Shown one piece after another: positions 1-8,000 of a DNA stretch of 64,000 nt. A model generated the notes under the pieces. That model worked only from the letters and a program-made list of their open reading frames with translations. It had not been told where the DNA came from and ran no database searches. This DNA is from an uncultured bacterium (lineage in GTDB: Bacteria; Oederibacteriota; JAAXVQ01; JAUVAV01). The stretch covers positions 103,947 to 167,946 of the forward strand of contig CAVQBK010000005.1 of assembly GCA_963710755.1 (NCBI GenBank). Reading direction: 5' to 3'. The position numbers and the translations under genes were made by a program. The stretch's first letter is position 1. Each line of letters starts with the position of its first letter.

Positions 1-887
1 GGATAATCTCCAGGCAAGGCTTGCAAGAGTTGATAGATCAGGGCACGCAGCATCCGTTGGGTCAGACCTTCCGTAAGGCTGTAAATGGGCACCAGGCGGT
101 TGGTGTGCAGCTGGTCCTGATGATCATCGTCAAGTATTTCAACTTCAGGATGGGCAATTTGATAGCTTCGAAAAAATTCGATCCTGCCATAGGCAATGAC
201 CTTTTGCCCCACTTCAAAGCGGTCTTTAAGATAGGGTTGGTTAAACCAGGTGGCGTCAATCCTGCCGGTGTCATCGGCCAGAATGATCTTGGTTAAATTC
301 AGGCCACGCTTAACCTTGAAGGTGCCCTTGGCCTGCACCACCCCACAGATCAAGGCCGCTTGTCCTGCTTGGACCTGGTTGATGGGTTGGATTTTGGAAC
401 GGTCCTGCCAATCGCGGGGATAAAAATGAAGCAGATCCGCCGCTGTCGCCAGCCCCAGTTTTTTCAACATGGCGGCTCGTTTGGGTCCCACGCCTTTAAA
501 GTATTGCAACTCCATGGCCAAATCTTTGATGGGCGCCAAAGGACTGGATGCCTCAGCCGGGCTTGATGGGTTCGGCCTGGAAAGCTCGGCATGCGTGGGG
601 TCTTGCAAGTGCTTGAACTGCCGACCCACCTCTCGGATCAACCTGCGGCGCTCTTCAGACGTGGCTTGATCATAAACATTCAGAGGTGCTATCAATAATT
701 CGGCCTGTTGGTCGGTCAGGTCCGCTTGCATCACCAATTTGTCCTTTAGCCGCGGCAACCAGGCGCCCACCCCGCCGCTGACTGCCCGGTTATGATACCC
801 GGAGGCAGCTTCCAGTTTCAAAGGCTTGAGCAACCAACCGGCAGCTTCCAAATTCGGTTCATTATTTTTAACTTTTTCACTTGCCAA
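1..887 (-). CDS. recG: ATP-dependent DNA helicase RecG, 5' part (runs off the left edge of the window)
   Basis: Not in the ORF track because there is no stop in the window. Manual translation gives LQYFKGVGPKRAAMLKKLGLATAADLLHFYPRDWQDRS...WFNQPYLKDRF...IAHPEVE...RLVPIYSLTEGLTQRMLR, typical of the RecG N-terminal/wedge region. Likely TTG start at 887 with GAGGG upstream. Confidence 0.9.
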   Translation of the reverse strand, partial: MASEKVKNNEPNLEAAGWLLKPLKLEAASGYHNRAVSGGVGAWLPRLKDKLVMQADLTDQQAELLIAPLNVYDQATSEERRRLIREVGRQFKHLQDPTHAELSRPNPSSPAEASSPLAPIKDLAMELQYFKGVGPKRAAMLKKLGLATAADLLHFYPRDWQDRSKIQPINQVQAGQAALICGVVQAKGTFKVKRGLNLTKIILADDTGRIDATWFNQPYLKDRFEVGQKVIAYGRIEFFRSYQIAHPEVEILDDDHQDQLHTNRLVPIYSLTEGLTQRMLRALIYQLLQALPGDY

Positions 888-909
888 TGAAATGCCCTCA
901 TGATAAATT
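881..909 (+). promoter_or_regulatory. Putative sigma70 promoter for rpmB
   Basis: TTGCCA-N17-TAAATT with TG just upstream of the -10; overlaps the divergent recG start codon. Confidence 0.45.
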
Positions 910-944
910 GATCGCCTTGATTTTAAGAAGAGGTGACCACTATT

Positions 945-1139
945 ATGCCCGCAAAATGTGCTGTTTGCAACAAAACATCCCAGGTTGGTTATAAAGTATC
1001 GCACTCCATGCGCCACACCAAACGCACTTGGGAACCTAATTTCCAAAAAGTACGTGCCGAAATTAACGGCAGCGTTAAACGGGTGCAAGTCTGCACCCGT
1101 TGCCTGCGCTCCAACAAGGTTAAAAAAGTCGTTGCCTGA
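945..1139 (+). CDS. rpmB: 50S ribosomal protein L28 (Zn-binding CxxC/CxxC form)
   Basis: MPAKCAVCNK...VSHSMRHTKRTWEPNFQKVR...VCTRCLRS; ATG at 945 downstream of GAGGTG. Confidence 0.95.
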   Translation: MPAKCAVCNKTSQVGYKVSHSMRHTKRTWEPNFQKVRAEINGSVKRVQVCTRCLRSNKVKKVVA

Positions 1140-1228
1140 TCTGTCCTTTAATCAGGAAACAAAGATCAAATTTAAGGGCGAATAATTAATCACCCTTATC
1201 TTTTCGAAAACCCTGAGTCCTCCGGGAT

Positions 1229-1609
1229 TCAGGGTTTTTTTATGGCCCAAGCTTCGATCTCGACCTTGGCGCCGGCCGGCAAGGCGCTTACCTGCACGGC
1301 CGCCCGCGCGGGATAGGGCTCCTTGAAAAAACGTTGATACACTTCATTGACCACCGCAAATTGGGTAAGATCAGTCATAAACACCGTGGTTTTGACCACA
1401 TGATTTAAGCCCAGCCCTGCGGCCTGCAGCACGGCACTGAGGTTTTGCAGCACTTGTTCCACCTGCTGTTTGAAATTACCGTCGACTATTTTCCCAAGTT
1501 TGGGATCGATCGGCACCTGGCCGGAACAAATTACCCACTCCCCCGCCCTCACGGCCTGAGAATAGGCCCCTATCGGCGCCGGGGCGTCAGTGCTCAGAAT
1601 AATGTCCAT
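1229..1609 (-). CDS. ridA: RidA/YjgF/UK114 family enamine/imine deaminase
   Basis: APAPIGAYSQAV, SGQVP, VVKTTVF, PARAAVQVSALP...VEIEA motifs. Confidence 0.92.
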   Translation of the reverse strand: MDIILSTDAPAPIGAYSQAVRAGEWVICSGQVPIDPKLGKIVDGNFKQQVEQVLQNLSAVLQAAGLGLNHVVKTTVFMTDLTQFAVVNEVYQRFFKEPYPARAAVQVSALPAGAKVEIEAWAIKKP

Positions 1610-2067
1610 GATGTACCCCTCTTATTAATCATAATAGTTATGTCAATCATGCCCCCTCTTGATGAACAGCTATGATACCGTAAATTACCGGCGGCTGGCA
1701 AAGGTTTTTAGCGACTCGACTTTGGCAAATTTGCCCCTACCGGTAAGGAGATTATGAGAAAGGGACGCCCTGGGCTGCTTTTTCGGGCCTTCAGGTCTGG
1801 ATATATCAGTTGGTGCCAGCCACGGGAATCCATATTTAAAACCAAGGGTTTTTATCCCCTCACTGTGCAACCGGTAATATCTGCAGGACCATAATTCAAC
1901 GAAAACGGACCGCGACCATTCGGAAAAAAACTGGCAGATGATGCTTGCTGGCCTGAAAAAGTTGCTGGAGAGCTGATGGTTAAAAAAGGTCTTGGAAACT
2001 ATTTTATGTTGCGGCATATTGGTTAAGTTAAAGTATTTTATAGTCAGTTGCCGGACACCAATCAAAG

Positions 2068-5000
2068 TTAAGCCGATGATCGCAGGCGCTGAAGCCAATG
2101 GAGGGGCCGGCTTCTCTTTGGTTCTGAATCGTCAATGATTTCCAATTGGTAGAGTTGTTGGATGATCAACTGTTGCTTGGGTTGTCCCATGGGCATGGGG
2201 ATGACTAATGTTGGGCCGTTTTTAAGCCTTACTTTTCTCTTGGGTAGTTGCCAAGAGGATAATTTACTAATTAAGCCCAAACGTGCCGCTACGGCCGGTT
2301 CATCCAATTGTTCCACGTTTGAATCGAGCAACAGGCATTGATAAATATCAAATAACAGTTGTGATGGCGGCTTCTTTTCCCCTCTCGGGTTGTTAAAAAC
2401 CGTCTTTAATGCCTTATCAGCTGCTTGCACACGATTTAAATCATCCGACAGTTGGAATGACCGGACTATCCGCCGCCATCTTGGTTGCGGCTGTCCCAGC
2501 CAGGCATATAAGGTCTCCAGGCCACGGTCAAATAAGGTTGGCGCAAACCGCTGCTGGGCGCTTTTTAAAATGACCCATGCCAGCCATTGGCCTGTATGAT
2601 AATGAATGAACCGGCCCATGATGGTATGCTGGTTGGTTGTGTTAACATATAATCCCGCCACGGATTGGGGCAAATAAATTGCCGGCCGGCCATGGGGTTG
2701 ATACCGGCCCAAAAACAATTTGATGACAAATCCAAACAGATTGATCGTTTCGTAGTGGACAGTGTATTGTTGTGTTTTTCTTCCCGGCAATGATGCAAAC
2801 GCCGCGGCGCCATGACGGAAATAATTAACCATTTCGCGGTCGATCAAAGCATTTAATTGCGGATGGTTCTCCAATGATTCAGCCGTGACAAAAGCTTTGT
2901 TGACAATCATCAACCATGCCGTTCTTGCCAAGTTAAGAAGATTTTTCGACATCGTGTTTTTCCGCAGCCCCGCGCGAAGAGAGGTATTGAAGCCGGGTTT
3001 TACTGAACTCAACTTCAAATCACGCGCCACCTCAAAGTCATGATGCCGGTTTTTCCAGTTGATCATTTCATGGATTCGATACGCCAAGGGAACGGCCAAT
3101 ACCAGGGGGCCCAAATGAGCGAATGCAATACCAAGGAAGATCCTCCAGGCTGCCCGGAGATTTTCTCTTGGTGTATTATTTTCAACGGGTGCGCCTTGAT
3201 TAAACATTCTGCCGACATAGCCCTTCAGCCAATTGGGATTGCCGTGGCTTCCCACAAAAAACGCCAACCAGCTCACCAGGCCAATGCTTTTGATCCATCC
3301 GAATTTAAATCCTGTTAACTCTTTTCCGGCATTCATCAGCATAGAATAATCACCGGAACTCACGCCCCAGATCAGCGTACCTACGCCAAACATCGCGATC
3401 ATATATATAATTATTTTCCAAAGGTAGCGGTTCTCCAGGGCATGGGCCTTGTTTTGATAGTCTTCCCAGCTCAGTGGCGTATGAAAATAATTGTGAATGG
3501 TATACCAGAGGCGGGAGGCACCTTGCCCGGTCGAAACAGGCGGGATAGACAGATTTAAATCTGCCCGAAAACCATCTGGTATAGGATAGTTAGCACCCGC
3601 GATCCCCTCTTTCTCAAATCTTATCTCAAATCCATCACGTTCAATAATGCCTCTGGCGGCATTCAAATCCGCTTGAGGCACCAAGAGCTCAGGATCATAG
3701 TGAAAAACAAATCCCCTATGATTATCTCCTGTAACATATAGATTGTTAAAAATTCGTATGCTTGGGTAGTCGGCTAGTTTCATAGCCAATCGCTGCAAAT
3801 CATCTTCATCCGGCAAACCGCCTATCTTCACCAGCCGGACGCCTTCATTTATAAGTAGCCGTTCTTTTTTTCCCCAGTCAGGTATAGTGGTATCAGCAAA
3901 TACCCTTATATCCTCATCAACCAAATTTTCCGACCGCCCTAAGGTACGTCCAATGGCCTTCAAGCTTTTTTGATCTTTAAAATCTTTCCTAAGTAGTAAT
4001 TGTAGATATACATTTCGCAACAATTCATGAGCAAAGTGAAGGTAAACGATATTTTCCCGTTTAGGATGAGTACCAGGCTCGAGCCGCAAGCTGCGTATGG
4101 CCTCTGCCAACTTAACGCCTTGTCGGGGATCCCGGACGATGCTGTCTACACTTTCTTGAATCAACTTAAAAAGGGCGATGACATTTTTGTGCCCCACATA
4201 GCGGTAGGTTAATTGTTTTAAATCCCCCAATTTCAGGTCGGCATCAAGTGGCAAGTTTTTCACATATTCTTCTCTACTTTGTTCCAATGCCTCCTCAAGT
4301 CCGGCCTTGATCTTGTCTTCATTTTGGCCCAATACCCGGGCTTTTTCCAGCAGCAACACATGAAAGACATGCTTTCGCAAGTTGGCTTTTAGGGCCTCCG
4401 CCTCATTTCCGGATCGCTTATAGTTTATAAATTCAAGATCAGCGCGCTGGTTCAGCTCCACCAGGTCTTCCAATGTTATACTGGCATTGATTTGTCCGTT
4501 GGCATTGAGATAAGGCTGTTTGATCTCATCCAGATAGGCGGGTATGTCAATATTATAGCTGGCGTCCATAGTGGCTTTATCTTCAACCAGGTGATTGCCA
4601 TTAGAACGGCCTGTGAATAGGTGATTGTCATGACCATCAAGAATAAGCTGATCGCCTTCATGGATTTCCATCCTCCCGCAATGGAGCACATGGGCTTTCA
4701 GGTCAAGCCGTGCATTAACAAGATTGATCAGCGACGGTATGCCGGCTGCACGGGTCACCACCGCTTCATGAGACGAAGCACTGCCATAGAGGGTAATTAA
4801 TCCCACACGCGGAAAATCCGTAATATGACGTATGATGTCTTCACGATTTTCTTGATTGGCCACCAGGATAACCGGACCCGCTTTGACCCATGCGCTTGCT
4901 TTTTTAATATCAAAAGCCACTTTTCCAGCCATAGCGCCCGACGTGGCGGCCAAACCCCGCCCGGCCGGGGAAAGACCTTCCTTTGACGCCAATTTATACA

Positions 5001-8000
5001 TCATTCTGGCAGCCCGCCGGTTTTGAAGCCGATCCAGAGCCAGCGTATATTCGCCGTCAGAAATTAGGCCCTGTGCCAGGGCTTGGCGATAAAAATTTAA
5101 TTCCCCTTCCTGCGAAAACAAAATAGCTCTCGATGAAAACAACTGCAACTTGCCATCCACGATGCCAAATTCCAGTTCTTGAGGAAACCTTTTGGTTCGT
5201 TCCATCACAGTTGCAACTTCAGCCAAATACTGATAGGCCTCGGGAAAAAGAGATTTCAATGCTGTAATGGGCCGGCCCGCAACTCGTCCCGACACCAGAT
5301 CCTCACCTTTGGCCTTTACCGCAAAGTTGCCGCATAGTCCCGGTTCACCTGTATCAGGATGGCTGGTAAAGGCCACACCATAGCCTGATTGTTCATTTTT
5401 ATCGGTGGGCGCGTACGTTTCAATAATGACCCCCATACCGGAATCTTGAGGAATATCGTGATCCGCCCGGTATTTTCTTGCGCTTGGCTTATCCCAGGAA
5501 GCCAATACTTGCTTGATCGCGGCGGCAACGGAATCCGGATTGTTTGCAATACCTGCAACAGTAAGCAGTTGTCCTGGCATGGAATACTGCGGTGAAGAAC
5601 GCACAACAAAGTCATCGCCGGCTTGAATCTTAACTTTTTCGGAGAGATCAGCAATTTTTTCCGCCACACTTCTGCTTAACACCACACCGCCCGGATAGGG
5701 GTATCGATAATCAGCAAAACCGGCAAAGCTTGCTGCTTTATTTCCGAATCGGGCCGCATCTACCGGCACCCCCAGCGGCACTATCCCCAATGCTTGTTGC
5801 ATAGACCAATCTTGATCGCCAAACCATTGCTGGTCGCTCTCACTGGCCATTTGCGTTAACACATCAAGAAAAAACCGGAATCCCTCTCTGCGTACGGCTT
5901 TTCTTTTTTCCTCATTCGTTGCCTGCCTGCCAGGCACGGCAATAACAGCCTGCCCTAAACTCCGGGTATCCAGTCTTCTCCGTCGGCTTATATTTTGTAT
6001 AAATAAAATACCATCTTCCCCTAAACTTAAAAACAGTGCCGCTTCATCAATATCATCGTAGGGTCGGGCAGATAACACTTCCACGCCGAAAACCTGCAAC
6101 AAATTATCTTGTTCATTACGGCTATTCCCTTGTCGGGAAAGGGTATCAAGATTGCTTAATAAGGTCCGTCTTGCTTGTTCATCCAAATCCAGCAGTTCGG
6201 TCAGATGTTCCTTAATCACGCCATCGGATAAATGCTCTTTCAGATAATGGAAATACCCGTTGTTTCTCACCATTACGCCGCTTGCAAGATTGTAATGAGG
6301 CAGCATATGCATACTTAATCTTCTTAAATCTTCTGCTGAAGTCACATAAGGCTTCAAGGTGCATAATCCATCACTAAAAAATTGATCTACAGCACCTCCG
6401 GCAGACACACCCAGCTCGACAAATTCAGGCCAATACGTCCAAAATGACTCACCATAAGCCGCTTTTAATTGTTTGAGGCTGGCATATAAAAAACCGGGAT
6501 GGACCTTAGTTGACAATAGATCCAATAAGCCGGAATAAAATGGTGCCCTCAATACTTCCTTGGGCGAAAAGGCTTCGGTCGGGAAATCACTGCGATCGGG
6601 TTTTGAATCAAATAAATCTTCAATATCACCAACAGCATCCCTTCCACCTGCCATAAACAGATGGGTTAATTTATCATCCAGATCAGCCTGATCACTTGCT
6701 TCTTCTTGCAAAAGCGCTTTGATCCTCGTTATTTCATAATGCTGTGCGAGTTCGGCTTGGCCGCGAGGATCTGCCCTAACCTTGGCGGTGTATTGTTCAA
6801 AGTGATCATACCCCACGCGTTTTAGTCTTTGGTCGCGCTTTTGTTGATCATGATACAAGGTATAGCTAAGGTCGCGAGTAAGCGGTTTTTCCAACAACGC
6901 CCTGGGATTATTGAAAAGATACCCTCTGTGAAATTGCCTTTGAACTCTGGCCCATGCCTTTTCGATCACGGCGGGCTTAATGCCGGATTGCAATAAAACA
7001 GGTGTGGGAATAATGCCCTTCTGATGCAAGGTCTTGGCTCGTGCCATGATGGATTGATTGTTTGCAAGCTGCTGATAAGGTACAAAGTACATCAAACTGT
7101 TAATGACAGCGCTATCGCATGGCGCTATGTGCAACGATTGATATAACGGAAGCCAAATCGTTTTAAATAATGCCTTGCCATCACTGTCTCCCACCGTGGC
7201 CAAGATCCGGGCAAGCTTAGGCATCCTCATTTGTAAAGTCCATATGAGACGTTTGTTTTCCCTCTGACGTTCAGAATAGGTTCTTAATTTTCCCCAGACT
7301 TGTGCGAGGAATTGACCGGATGGGTCCAATCTCAGGGCGGCTTCAGTAACCTTATCCAAATCACCACTTTCTATAAAATTCATCACCCCGATTGCACTCT
7401 GAGGCGCCGAGGTCAACAGCCATTCATAATAAGGCATCCAGATTTTTTCAATGAGCGCCTGCTTATCCGCAGCGCCATCCAAAAGCTGCTGACCGGACAT
7501 CTCAAGCTTATCAATGGCTCGGGCCAGGCCACCCAAGCCTACAAAAGCGCCTTCCCGGGGCAAAGCCGGCATCAATTCCTGTTTCAGCCATTGCCCGCTG
7601 GGATCGGATATCACAAAAGCTTCCGCAAGATCACCAATATAGCGTTTAGGTATGGATTTTTCTTTTAACCGGGATTTCCAAAAGTTGTCATACCATACTC
7701 TGCTTGAATCATGCATGGCCAATGCTTTAGCCAAGTCACCCATAGCGTCTTGGGCTCCCTCTTGGACATGGTCATCAGCACTTGCCAAACATTTATCGTA
7801 TAAAGCCATCAGCTTTTTTCTGGCACCATCGGCACCCAGTTTATAAGATCCTTTGGATTCAGCCATGGCCAGGGCTAATCCTCCCAGTGCGCGGGCGGCG
7901 GCCCTTTGTGTTTGCCAGAAGTTGTCATGCAATGCTTTTTCGTAAAGCGGCAACCATAAATCGTCCAACCAGGCGTCAGGTGAATCATGCTGTGCCAAAG

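Noticed and set aside
21-669. Short ORFs listed in the track at the left edge
   Set aside because: Shadow frames of the partial recG gene
1685-2098. 137-aa ORF just downstream of giant A as a possible immunity gene
   Set aside because: Overlaps the giant's 3' end, has no clear RBS, no motif and atypical composition; cannot be supported, though not excluded
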